Made by a program: the position numbers and the translations under genes. A DNA stretch of 64,000 nt from Ostreococcus lucimarinus (Eukaryota), in the NCBI GenBank assembly GCA_000092065.1, contig CP000589.1; one strand, given 5' to 3'. The notes below the pieces were generated by a model. That model made no database searches. It saw only the letters and a program-made list of their open reading frames with translations, and was not told the DNA's origin. Every line of letters begins with the position of its first letter. The first letter of the stretch is position 1. Below, one piece after another: positions 8,107 through 16,962 of this stretch.

Positions 8107-9456
8107 TTATCGCGCTTGTTGTTGTTTCATCGACTCGTTCATCGACTCGCGAAGAATCGCTTGCGCGCGCGACGCCGTGCCTCGATCGACCCCCTCGGTC
8201 TTACCGTCCACCGCCGCGTCTAAGAGCTCGAGCACGGTCTCTGCTTTCGCGACGTTTCGACCGGCGCCGATGTTCATCGCCGTGGCGCTTCCCACGTGCG
8301 TCGCGAGCGTCGCGGTGGTTTGCAAGACTTCGCTCAAATCCAACGCGTCGTCGGCTTGCTTTCGCAGGTATCCTAAGACGTACGCGCCCGCGCTGCTATC
8401 ACCGCACCCCACGGTGTCGCCGACTTTCACGCGTGGACAACCGACGCGCGCGCTTTGACCGTCGCGCGTGACGACCATCGCGCCTTCGGGACCGAGCTTC
8501 ACGACGACCCACTCCGCCGCGGATCCCGGAAAGTCGAACACAGCCGCGGCGTAGTCCGTGGGCGGCGCATTCGCACGCACGCCCGTGAGCGCTGCGAGTT
8601 CTTCCTCGGTCGCGAGCACGACGTCGGAATTTTCCAGCGCCACTCTCAATGCCTCCATGCGTGACGGATTCGTCTCGTCGACAAACGTAAACGCGCGAGG
8701 CCCCGGATCGAAAAACACCCCCGCGCCGTTCCCCTTGGCCAATTTGAGCGCCTGCGCTACAGCCTGAGGCTTGAGCTCGTCGAACACAAAACCGTTGAGA
8801 AACACCGCTCGACACGAACGCAACGCCTCGCGCGCTTCGTTAGAGACGTCGCTCACGTCCCGCATCAGCGGCCACGGGCCCAAATCGTACCTACTACAAA
8901 ACGCGTGCGAACCGGCGCCGTCGCTCAACACGAAACAAATCAACGTCTCGGCCAAAGCGCTCACGCGCACGCCCTGATCGTCTCCTGGAATCAATTCCAC
9001 GTGATCAATTCCCTCCAGCGCGAGCTCATCGATCAAAAACTTGCCGTATTCATCGTTTCCGACGTGTCCCGCGCACGACGCTCGCAAGCCCAGCCTCGAC
9101 GCCGCGATTAAAAAATTACAATTCCCGCCCAGTTCCCACGACTCTCGCGCCGGCGCCGTCCTCGCGAGTTCACCGAGTGTTTTAGTCGTCTTCAGCGACG
9201 TCGCGTCTGGGATCGGGCCGGGCGGCAGTAACACGTCCACGCACAGGTTACCGAGCGCGACGACGTCGTACTCTCGACTCGCGCGCCGCGCCACCCTTCG
9301 TCGCACCTCTCGCTCGCGCGCGCCCGCGCGCGCGCGGGACGACGCACGACCACTGTGCGCGCACTCTCCACACGCGCGTCGCCGCTCGACGTGCGCGTGC
9401 GCGGCGACTCGCGTCGAGATCATGGTGCTCTCGATGCCGCTCGCCGAATCAATCAA
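8107..9456 (-). CDS. PfkB-family carbohydrate kinase (ribokinase/fructokinase-like), organelle-targeted
   Basis: YDVVALGNLCVDVL near the N-terminus and DTVGCGDSSAGAYVLGYL (the DTxGAGD anion-hole motif) near the C-terminus. Its stop is only 17 nt from the stop of the convergent PsbP gene. Confidence 0.75.
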   Translation of the reverse strand: MIDSASGIESTMISTRVAAHAHVERRRACGECAHSGRASSRARAGAREREVRRRVARRASREYDVVALGNLCVDVLLPPGPIPDATSLKTTKTLGELARTAPARESWELGGNCNFLIAASRLGLRASCAGHVGNDEYGKFLIDELALEGIDHVELIPGDDQGVRVSALAETLICFVLSDGAGSHAFCSRYDLGPWPLMRDVSDVSNEAREALRSCRAVFLNGFVFDELKPQAVAQALKLAKGNGAGVFFDPGPRAFTFVDETNPSRMEALRVALENSDVVLATEEELAALTGVRANAPPTDYAAAVFDFPGSAAEWVVVKLGPEGAMVVTRDGQSARVGCPRVKVGDTVGCGDSSAGAYVLGYLRKQADDALDLSEVLQTTATLATHVGSATAMNIGAGRNVAKAETVLELLDAAVDGKTEGVDRGTASRAQAILRESMNESMKQQQAR

Positions 9457-9672
9457 TCGCGCACGTTTCGCGCGCGCACGCGTTCGTGTCGAACGCCGCG
9501 CGCGATGGAGAAGACGAAGACGACGGTTCTACGTCCCGTTCGACGCGCGCGCGGACGTGGTGCGCGAACGCGTCGGTGCGCGCGTCAAAGTGTGGTTTCG
9601 ACTCGGTGCTGGTTAAGGGGAAGAAGGAGATATTTATTCGAGTCGAATAATTCGACGCGCGACGCCGAAAAG

Positions 9673-11127
9673 CTAAATCAACGAGCCGCCGGTAAATTTT
9701 GCCGGTGACATTGGAGGGTTTTGAGATCTAGCGTCGTTCGACGACGAAGATCCAAAACCGAGATCTTTGGTCAAGGCGGCGAGCGCGTCCAAGGAGTCGG
9801 TCGCGAGCGGCGGCTTTCGCGGCGACGAGCCGCCGCTCAGTCGCGGGGAGGCGCCGGGAGAACCGAAACTGGATAACCCAAATGGATCGGCCGCAGGTTT
9901 TGGAGGACTTTGGGGAACTTGCGCAGCGTGTGGATGCATCGCCGAAGCCTGCGGGGGCGGTGCGAAACCGAATTGATTCGCCGGCGACGGCGCCGCTCGC
10001 GGCGCAGGCGCGCCAAACGACGCGAGCGGGTCGGCCCCCATCGCTGGCTGCGGCGGCGCGTGCGCCTGGTTCGGGGCGTTGAACAAGTTGTCCAAATCGC
10101 CCCAACCAGAAGCCACCGGCGCGGCCGCGGGTGCAGCCGCAGGCGTCGCCGCGGGCGCGCTCAAACCTCCGAGCAAATCGTCGATGCTCGACGTCAGCGC
10201 CGGCGCCGCGGACGAGGCGGAGGAGTAATTCACCGCCATCACCGCGTTCGTCGCGCGAGGTGGCGGCGCGAACGCCATCACACCCGGCGCCGGCGCGACG
10301 CTCGGTACGGGAACGTCTCTAAAAACAATCTTTGGCGCCGCGTTCGCCAACGGCGCGTCGTCTTCGTCGTCGCTCGAATCCGCCTTTTGTCGTCCCGACG
10401 CGAACGCCGGCGCCGGCGCGCTCGGCGGCGCCACGGGAGCGCGTGGTTTCACGTCTTCGTCCGCGCGATTCCACGGCGCGCCGCCAGCGCCACCGCCCGA
10501 AGAAATCGACGCCGTCGACCGTCGCTCCGAGTCGCCGCCGAGCGCGCTCCCTCCCGAAAACGACCCACCCGCGCTCGACGTCGACCCTCTCCGCGCGTGC
10601 GTCCGCGCTTCTTCGCTCGACATCCCCGCGTACTTGCCGCGATTTCTCTCCGCCTTTTCCCTCGCCTCCTCGACCGATCTCGGATCTTCCACCAACGCCT
10701 TGATCTTTTCCGCTCGATGTCGCACGTTCACCCCCTCATCCTTCCCTCGCGCGTCCTTGTACTCGAACCTCAGCGCGCCGTCCATCATTCGCCTTCGCCT
10801 GACGTCCTCCGCGATCGCTCGATCGCCGTTCGCGACGAGATACTCGACGACGGTGAGCGCCTTGTACGCGCGTCGCCACTCCTCCGGCGCGCTCTTCAAG
10901 CGTTTCTCCAGCACCTCGCGCACGACGTCCCACTTCCCATCGCGCGTGAGCCGCGCGATCGCGCGCAGCTGCTCCCCGTGCGGGCCCCAGGGCTCGGAGT
11001 TCGTCGCGTCGCGGACGAGCGCTTCGTCGTCGCCGATGCCTTTCCATTGATTGACGCGCTTCTTCGCCGCCTGCGCCACCTCGTCCGGGATCGCGGACTT
11101 GATCGTCGTCAGCGCGGCTTTGAACAT
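9673..11127 (-). CDS. Epsin-like ENTH-domain protein with a Pro/Ala-rich tail
   Basis: ENTH domain from ATG 11127..11125: MFKAALTTIKSAIPDEVAQAAKKRVNQ...NSEPWGPHGEQLRAIARLTRDGKWDVVREVLEKRL...ALTVVEYLVANGDRAIAEDV. The unstructured tail carries DPF/FG-like peptides. Confidence 0.75.
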   Translation of the reverse strand: MFKAALTTIKSAIPDEVAQAAKKRVNQWKGIGDDEALVRDATNSEPWGPHGEQLRAIARLTRDGKWDVVREVLEKRLKSAPEEWRRAYKALTVVEYLVANGDRAIAEDVRRRRMMDGALRFEYKDARGKDEGVNVRHRAEKIKALVEDPRSVEEAREKAERNRGKYAGMSSEEARTHARRGSTSSAGGSFSGGSALGGDSERRSTASISSGGGAGGAPWNRADEDVKPRAPVAPPSAPAPAFASGRQKADSSDDEDDAPLANAAPKIVFRDVPVPSVAPAPGVMAFAPPPRATNAVMAVNYSSASSAAPALTSSIDDLLGGLSAPAATPAAAPAAAPVASGWGDLDNLFNAPNQAHAPPQPAMGADPLASFGAPAPRAAPSPANQFGFAPPPQASAMHPHAAQVPQSPPKPAADPFGLSSFGSPGASPRLSGGSSPRKPPLATDSLDALAALTKDLGFGSSSSNDARSQNPPMSPAKFTGGSLI

Positions 11128-11212
11128 CGTCGCCGTCGCGCGCGGCGCGGCGCGCGACGCGACGGCGCGCGACGCGACGGCGTGTGACGCGACGTCTCTT
11201 GCACCGCGCGAC

Positions 11213-11246
11213 GCCAAAACCAAAACCAAAACCAAAACCAAACACG
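11213..11246 (+). repeat. (CAAAAC)n microsatellite in the epsin 5' region
   Basis: caaaaccaaaaccaaaaccaaaaccaaaca, flanked by direct repeats of gcgcgacgcgacggcg. Confidence 0.85.
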
Positions 11247-11319
11247 GAACGCGAAAGCGGGCACGCGTCACTCGGCGACGCGTCGCGCGCCGGACCGGCG
11301 ACGCGCGCGCGCGCGACGC

Positions 11320-11565
11320 GTGCCGATGAACGCGTCGACGTGCGTCGTGTGCGGCGCGACGGGACGCGGGAAGACGACGGTCGTGAACGGATTGGTGCGG
11401 GAAACGCTGCGGGAAGAGATTCTTCTCGGAACGGACGACGAGGACGCGCGCGCGACGGAGCGGGCGCGCGCGGTCGTCGATGAGGTGCGACGAAGGACGA
11501 CGCGCGACGACGCGAAAAACGCGAATGCGATGGTGCGCGCGCTCGAGACGAAGCGCGGCGAGTGA
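11320..11565 (+). CDS. Possible 5' exon or ORF carrying a Walker A/P-loop (uncertain)
   Basis: VCGATGRGKTTVVNGL is a canonical GxxxxGK[ST] motif. It lies immediately upstream of, and in a different frame from, the 11702..13420 ORF that carries DTPG. How the two connect (intron or frameshift) is unresolved. Confidence 0.25.
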   Translation: MPMNASTCVVCGATGRGKTTVVNGLVRETLREEILLGTDDEDARATERARAVVDEVRRRTTRDDAKNANAMVRALETKRGE

Positions 11566-11701
11566 CGCGCGCGCGGGACCGATGCGACAGAGCGAGACGA
11601 CGCGGGCGAGGCGCGATGGAAATCGGCGCGCGGCGAGACGCGAAGGACGGACGACGAACGGAGGGGATTGGAGGTGGCGACAGCGCGAAGAAGTGCGAGA
11701 A

Positions 11702-13420
11702 ATGATGTCTAGTGATGAGGGGCGACGAGCGATGGAGGCGTGCGTGCGAAAACAGAATGCGTTGGATGTGATGCCGACGAGCGCGAGGACGGGGTGCCCG
11801 ATAGCGATTCGACGCGCGACGTTGGACGACGAAGATGAAAAACAGGCGGCGAACGGCGTGTTCATCGCGCGAGTCGTCGTGCGATACCGAGAGGAGCATG
11901 AACTGGAGCAGGCGTTGCTAGATGTGGCGATTCAGTCGCGCACGGCGGGAGAGTTGGCGGGGAGACTGTGCGCCGGAGGGACGCCGCCAAGAAGAAATCG
12001 CGCCGACGAGGACGAGGCGGAGGCGAACGACGGATCGATCGAAGAACTCGCGAGCGTGCTCGGTGAAGACCCAAAAGACGTGAAAGCGCGTGTGTTGGAG
12101 TGTTACGATCGATGTGAGCCATTTCTTCCAGCGCGCGTTCGAGATTTGCTCGGACGCGAACGCGTGTACGAAGTCCGAAGCGCTTGCGCCGGCGCCGCAC
12201 TCACGGCTATTCGTTCTTTTATTTTACGCGTGGCGACGGCGGGTAAGTGGACGCACTGGGGCATCATAGAAGGTACGGTCGAGGTCGAGCTTCCGTTAGC
12301 GTACGACGTCAAGTTCGTGGATACGCCCGGGATTGATGCGTCGCAATTCTCTCTCAAGCGATTGCGCCGAGTAATTGGCGCTGAAGCCGAGGAGCGATTC
12401 GGGATGTTCATATACGTGTGCGGTAAAGATGCACCGAAAGAGTGGGAGTGGAGCGCTCTGCATGCAATGGGTACGCTAAAGAAGATCGTCACCGAGGGTC
12501 CGCGGCTGTGTTTGTGCTGGCCCGTGGAGCTCGTGGTGAACGCCAACGGACGTCCAGATGGCTTTGTCACGAATCTCCAAATCAAAAAGTTCCAGGATCG
12601 CACGTTGAAGATGCTGCGATCGGACTCTAATCATTGGCGCGAACGTCTTGATCAATGTATCGTCGCATCCAAGGTCGATGGCTTGCGCGGTGATTTAAGA
12701 CGCGGCATGGCGCTGGCGTTTGTTCGGGCGTTTAAGCCCGACGCCTCGACGATTTTGAAGTATTCCATGTATCAGCTGGCGTTTTCGGTGGAAGAAGAGC
12801 TCAAACCATCACCGCCGAGCGATAACGGCAGTGGAGTCTTACCGAGCACCGCGGTGGTCGCTGACGCAAAACCTTCGACAGACCCTTGTCCGAAGACCAA
12901 GCGAAAGATTGACGAAGAAGCCGCGACGAAAGCGTCGCCACCAAAGAAACGCCTTAAGAAGCAACCACGCCAGTGTACCATCGCTGATCCATTCGTGTTC
13001 AACGAAGACGATGGTCTTTTTGCCGACGAAGACGCCGCAACACCTCCAATGTTCGGCAAGCACATCGCAAAAACCAAATCAACGCGCTCGCCGCTCGTCG
13101 ACGCCAACGAAAAGTCTCGCGCGACGGCGGCGGCGCGACGCAAAACCAAACCGTCGAACACCGCACCGAAGCGACCGCTCGTCTTGACGTCGACGACCGT
13201 TTCTCCGCCGAAGTCGAAGCATCGAGGTGCTGAAGCACCGCAGCCGAAGCTTTCCCCTCAACTCTCCGCGACGCCCGCGTCCAAGCCTGCGCGAAATCGG
13301 CCAAAGTTCGTCGTCGCCTCCGTCGACGACGGTCCCACCCCATCCCCACCCCCCGCGCGTCCGAAACGCCCGCGCGAATGCACGAAACAACCTTGGTGGG
13401 TCGTCCAATCGCATCGATAG
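11702..13420 (+). CDS. Hypothetical protein with a GTPase-like G3 motif (DTPG); basic, Pro-rich C-terminal tail
   Basis: Long non-repetitive ORF. KFVDTPGIDASQF and a downstream hydrophobic strand (FIYVCGKD) resemble AIG1/IRG/dynamin-type GTPases. C-terminal K/P/S-rich tail with KRKI/KKRLKK NLS-like peptides. ATG at 11702. Confidence 0.5.
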   Translation: MMSSDEGRRAMEACVRKQNALDVMPTSARTGCPIAIRRATLDDEDEKQAANGVFIARVVVRYREEHELEQALLDVAIQSRTAGELAGRLCAGGTPPRRNRADEDEAEANDGSIEELASVLGEDPKDVKARVLECYDRCEPFLPARVRDLLGRERVYEVRSACAGAALTAIRSFILRVATAGKWTHWGIIEGTVEVELPLAYDVKFVDTPGIDASQFSLKRLRRVIGAEAEERFGMFIYVCGKDAPKEWEWSALHAMGTLKKIVTEGPRLCLCWPVELVVNANGRPDGFVTNLQIKKFQDRTLKMLRSDSNHWRERLDQCIVASKVDGLRGDLRRGMALAFVRAFKPDASTILKYSMYQLAFSVEEELKPSPPSDNGSGVLPSTAVVADAKPSTDPCPKTKRKIDEEAATKASPPKKRLKKQPRQCTIADPFVFNEDDGLFADEDAATPPMFGKHIAKTKSTRSPLVDANEKSRATAAARRKTKPSNTAPKRPLVLTSTTVSPPKSKHRGAEAPQPKLSPQLSATPASKPARNRPKFVVASVDDGPTPSPPPARPKRPRECTKQPWWVVQSHR

Positions 13421-13692
13421 CTCCATCACGACGCATCGCTTCTATCAATTTATCCATCGCTGACTCGCCGACAGTTACGCCTCGCGCCTCGTCAGCGTCC
13501 CCGCGCGCCTCATTCCGAGGCGACCTCGACGTCGCGTTCGACGCCGCAGATCGTCGGAATCGATCGACAGCGCGCGCGTTGCGTTTTCGATCGCATCGCT
13601 CGCGCGAGACGCCGCGCGCGCGTCCGGTCACCGCTCGGAACCGGCGCGATTCAACAATCGCTCATTAATCGCCCGACGCGATCGACCGAGCG

Positions 13693-16056
13693 ATGTCGTC
13701 GAGCGAAGGCGCGCGGTCGCGCTCGCCCAAGCGCATCGCGCGCGTACACGTTACCGCAGACGCGCGCGCGCGCGACGCGCGGCAAATGCTCGATCACGCG
13801 TGGCGGGAGTGCGAAGGAAAGGCGCGAGCGCGGCGCGCGAGAGCGTCGGCGAGAGGCGAAGACGAAGCGGACGACGAAAGGATGGAAGATTTGCACGCCA
13901 TCGGAGACGTCGTGCGTGAATTGTGCGCGGTGGATGATGGGGTGCTGATGCGATCGACCCTGGGGTGCATGGATGGGTTTAAGGTGGCGTTGCGCGCGGA
14001 GCGAGAGGACGACGACGAGGCGAGGAGAGAAATTTGCGTCGCGGCGTTGTTTGGATTGAGCAAGCTCGCGACGACGGCGAGGGAACAAGTCATCGGGGGG
14101 GATGTGGAAGAAGATGTGGTACTTGAAATGCTTCGCGTGCAGTGTAAGGCGCCGAATATGCGATTTTCAGAACGCGCTCGGGCGATGTCGACGTACGTCA
14201 AGGCGGTGGGCGTTCGGGAAAACTTGACAAACGTCAACGTTCGGACGCCTCCGGCATCGCCGAAGGATAAGAGTGGTAGAACTATAGGTGGCTTAGCGCG
14301 AGCGTTTGCATCGCAACAAGAGATGGCAGATTTCAACACACCAGACGTGAGCGACGACGAGGGGACAGAGGAGCGCAGGCAATCGATGAGTTCGCTGTGC
14401 GCGTCACCGAGTAGAATCTTCTACTCGCCGAAAATTTTGAGCGGAGATGGCACGGTCGTTGATGAAGCGATCACACCTCCAGGCACAGTTATATGTCGCA
14501 TCTGCGAACAGCCTGTCGCCAAACGAACTTTTGCCGGTCACAACGCGACGTGCGCTGGATTTCGTCCGTCGTCGCTGGGTTCGAGTGGTTGCGCGTCTGC
14601 GCGCACTTCTGCCTCTCTCGCACAAGATGATTCGGAAACTTCAGACCAGATGTCTATTGATGACTTTCGAATCATAAAACTGATAAGTGGGGGCGCGTAC
14701 GGGCGAGTCTTCTTGGCGCAGAAACGCGCGACGGGCGATTTGTTCGCCGTCAAGGCGTTGCGAAAGCGCGATCTCGTGTACAAGAACATGATGGATCAAG
14801 TCGTCGCCGAACGTGATGCCCTGATAGCAGCTGCGAATCCGTTCACAATCAAATTGTACTACTCATTCACCTCTGCGAGGCACGTTTATCTCGTCACCGA
14901 ATACGCAAACGGTGGCGACTTGTACAGTCTGTTGACGCAGCTCGGTCGATTGAGCGAAGAGCACGCTCGCCAGTACTGTGCCGAGATCGCACTCGCGCTC
15001 GAGTACGTGCACTCGAAAGGAATTACGCACCGAGATTTGAAGCCGGGTAATTGTCTCATTGCGTCGGATGGGCACATCAAACTTGCTGATTTTGGTTTAT
15101 CGCGAATCGACCGAGACGCCGGGGACGCAGCGGGAAGCGGTAGCAACTCGCCCAGCCCTTACAGTGGCACGGGATCGCCCATGTCGCCGAGCAGTGGAGC
15201 CGCTTCGATCCGAATCCCAACGCAAGATCCCATGACGACGAATAGTCCGATACATAGAATGACTCTAGCCGCAAACGCGAGACAGAGCCCAACTCAGAGC
15301 CCGTCGCGAAAGGTGCATCGACGCTCGGCGTCAAGACACGCTTCTGGAGCTAAGGGTACTCCAGATTACTTGGCACCTGAAATTCTTTTATGCGAACCGT
15401 GCGGCGAGGGTGTGGATTGGTGGGCGTTAGGAGTGATGGCGTACGAAATGCTCGTGGGAGTTCCTCCGTTCAATGCGTCGACGCCGTTGGCGATTTTCGC
15501 AAGAATCATCAACGGCAAAGTGGAATGGCCAGGAAGTGGCGCCGCGCTGAGTGACGAGTCTAAAGATTTTGTTAACGCTCTACTCGTGCACGATGTAGAA
15601 GCGCGTCTGGGCTCGAACGACGATGCAAATGATATCAAGGCTCATCCTTGGTTTGCAGACGTCACTTGGGAACACGTCTACGACAAGAGCGCTGCGAGCG
15701 TGTTCGTGCCAAAGCCCGAAAGTCGACAAGATACGTCGTACTTCGTTCCCGCGTCGGATTTAAGCTTAGGTGTGGAGTATCCAGTCGGAGAGCGAAGAAT
15801 GAGTGAATCTCACGCAAGTGAAGACAGCTCGAGCATGAAGGAGGACGTAGTCATTCCTGTCCCCACGCCAGAGGAAGTGGATGAAATCGAAGATTGCGAC
15901 GAGGAAAAGTTACGGGCATTCACGTATAAGAACCTCGCCGAACTGGCGATGCGAAACATGAGGGTTTCCGGAGGGTCTGTCACACACTCAGCCGCCCAAA
16001 CGAGCGGACTTCCTCGTCGAGGCTCGGTTGGCAAAGACTTAGCGCACCAAAATTGA
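13693..16056 (+). CDS. AGC-family Ser/Thr protein kinase (MAST/IRE/Greatwall-like, long insert in the activation segment)
   Basis: Kinase subdomains GGAYGRVFLAQKRATGDLFAVKAL, HRDLKPGNCLI and DFGLS; ~110 aa S/P-rich insert before GTPDYLAPEILL; AGC-type C-terminal extension. Confidence 0.85.
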   Translation: MSSSEGARSRSPKRIARVHVTADARARDARQMLDHAWRECEGKARARRARASARGEDEADDERMEDLHAIGDVVRELCAVDDGVLMRSTLGCMDGFKVALRAEREDDDEARREICVAALFGLSKLATTAREQVIGGDVEEDVVLEMLRVQCKAPNMRFSERARAMSTYVKAVGVRENLTNVNVRTPPASPKDKSGRTIGGLARAFASQQEMADFNTPDVSDDEGTEERRQSMSSLCASPSRIFYSPKILSGDGTVVDEAITPPGTVICRICEQPVAKRTFAGHNATCAGFRPSSLGSSGCASARTSASLAQDDSETSDQMSIDDFRIIKLISGGAYGRVFLAQKRATGDLFAVKALRKRDLVYKNMMDQVVAERDALIAAANPFTIKLYYSFTSARHVYLVTEYANGGDLYSLLTQLGRLSEEHARQYCAEIALALEYVHSKGITHRDLKPGNCLIASDGHIKLADFGLSRIDRDAGDAAGSGSNSPSPYSGTGSPMSPSSGAASIRIPTQDPMTTNSPIHRMTLAANARQSPTQSPSRKVHRRSASRHASGAKGTPDYLAPEILLCEPCGEGVDWWALGVMAYEMLVGVPPFNASTPLAIFARIINGKVEWPGSGAALSDESKDFVNALLVHDVEARLGSNDDANDIKAHPWFADVTWEHVYDKSAASVFVPKPESRQDTSYFVPASDLSLGVEYPVGERRMSESHASEDSSSMKEDVVIPVPTPEEVDEIEDCDEEKLRAFTYKNLAELAMRNMRVSGGSVTHSAAQTSGLPRRGSVGKDLAHQN

Positions 16057-16166
16057 TACTGTAGATGAAATTCTATGCGTCACACTTCAAAACTAAGCGC
16101 TCGCTATCGGACAGAAGACGAGGATGTTTCCGGCGTTCAATTGATGTGCGTTCTGCGGGGCTAGAG

Positions 16167-16919
16167 CTAATGGATGCGCAAATCGCGGCGTAGCAAGACG
16201 CGGGCGGGACGGCCGAGCGACGACTCGGCGCCGGCGGTTTCTTGCGCTTCGCGGATGAAATCTGAACGTTCGTAAAGAGCGATCGCGGCGTCGTTGTCGT
16301 GCTGGACGTGGACGTACAGCGTGTGCACGGCGTATTCGTCCCTCGCGATGATGGACGCGCGCTCTATCATGCGCGAGGCAACACCGGTCCGTCTCGCGGC
16401 GGGCGCCACGCCGACGTTTGATAAATACGCGCGTCTTCCGAGCGAGCGCGTTCCAGCGAGTTCTTCCGCCGGTAAACGATCGCCGATGTTAATGTCTAAC
16501 GAACCGACGATCAAAGACGTCTCGGCGCCGTCGCGCACGCTCAACGATGCCGGATCGAACTCTCGTATGTCGTACTGCGCCGACGACGCGGGCGCTCGAG
16601 CGACGATGAGCACCACTTTCACGTTCTCGTAACCGACCTCAGCGCCGCACAGCTTGTTCGTCAGCGACGTGGTTTCGTTCTCAATCTTCATCGCGACGTG
16701 CGCGCGCTTGGCGAACGCGCTTCGGTCGCTCGGGACGTTTTGGCTGAAACTGAGCGCTCGACACGCCGCGGCGCCTACGACGTCGCTCGCGTGCGAGGAG
16801 ACGTCGATGGTAATCGCGGAGCACGATGGGCTCGTCGTAGCGCGCGAACATTGTCGAGCGCGCGCGCGGGTGAAGACGGGCGAGACGCCGCGCGACGGCG
16901 CGACGACGGAGGACGCCAT
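16167..16919 (-). CDS. GNAT-family N-acetyltransferase, organelle-targeted
   Basis: Acetyl-CoA binding motif A (YLSNVGVAPAARRTGVASRMIERA) and the GNAT fold pattern; S/T/R-rich N-terminal presequence. Confidence 0.65.
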   Translation of the reverse strand: MASSVVAPSRGVSPVFTRARARQCSRATTSPSCSAITIDVSSHASDVVGAAACRALSFSQNVPSDRSAFAKRAHVAMKIENETTSLTNKLCGAEVGYENVKVVLIVARAPASSAQYDIREFDPASLSVRDGAETSLIVGSLDINIGDRLPAEELAGTRSLGRRAYLSNVGVAPAARRTGVASRMIERASIIARDEYAVHTLYVHVQHDNDAAIALYERSDFIREAQETAGAESSLGRPARVLLRRDLRIH

Positions 16920-16962
16920 GCAGTGCAGTGCGGCGACGCGCTGGGCGATTTACAAGTCTAAG

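Noticed and set aside
11480-11700. A standard intron joining the P-loop ORF (11320..11565) to the DTPG ORF
   Set aside because: GTGCGA-like donors exist (about 11485 and 11536) but no ACTGAC branch or suitably placed AG acceptor was found between 11560 and 11760, so no confident splice model is given.
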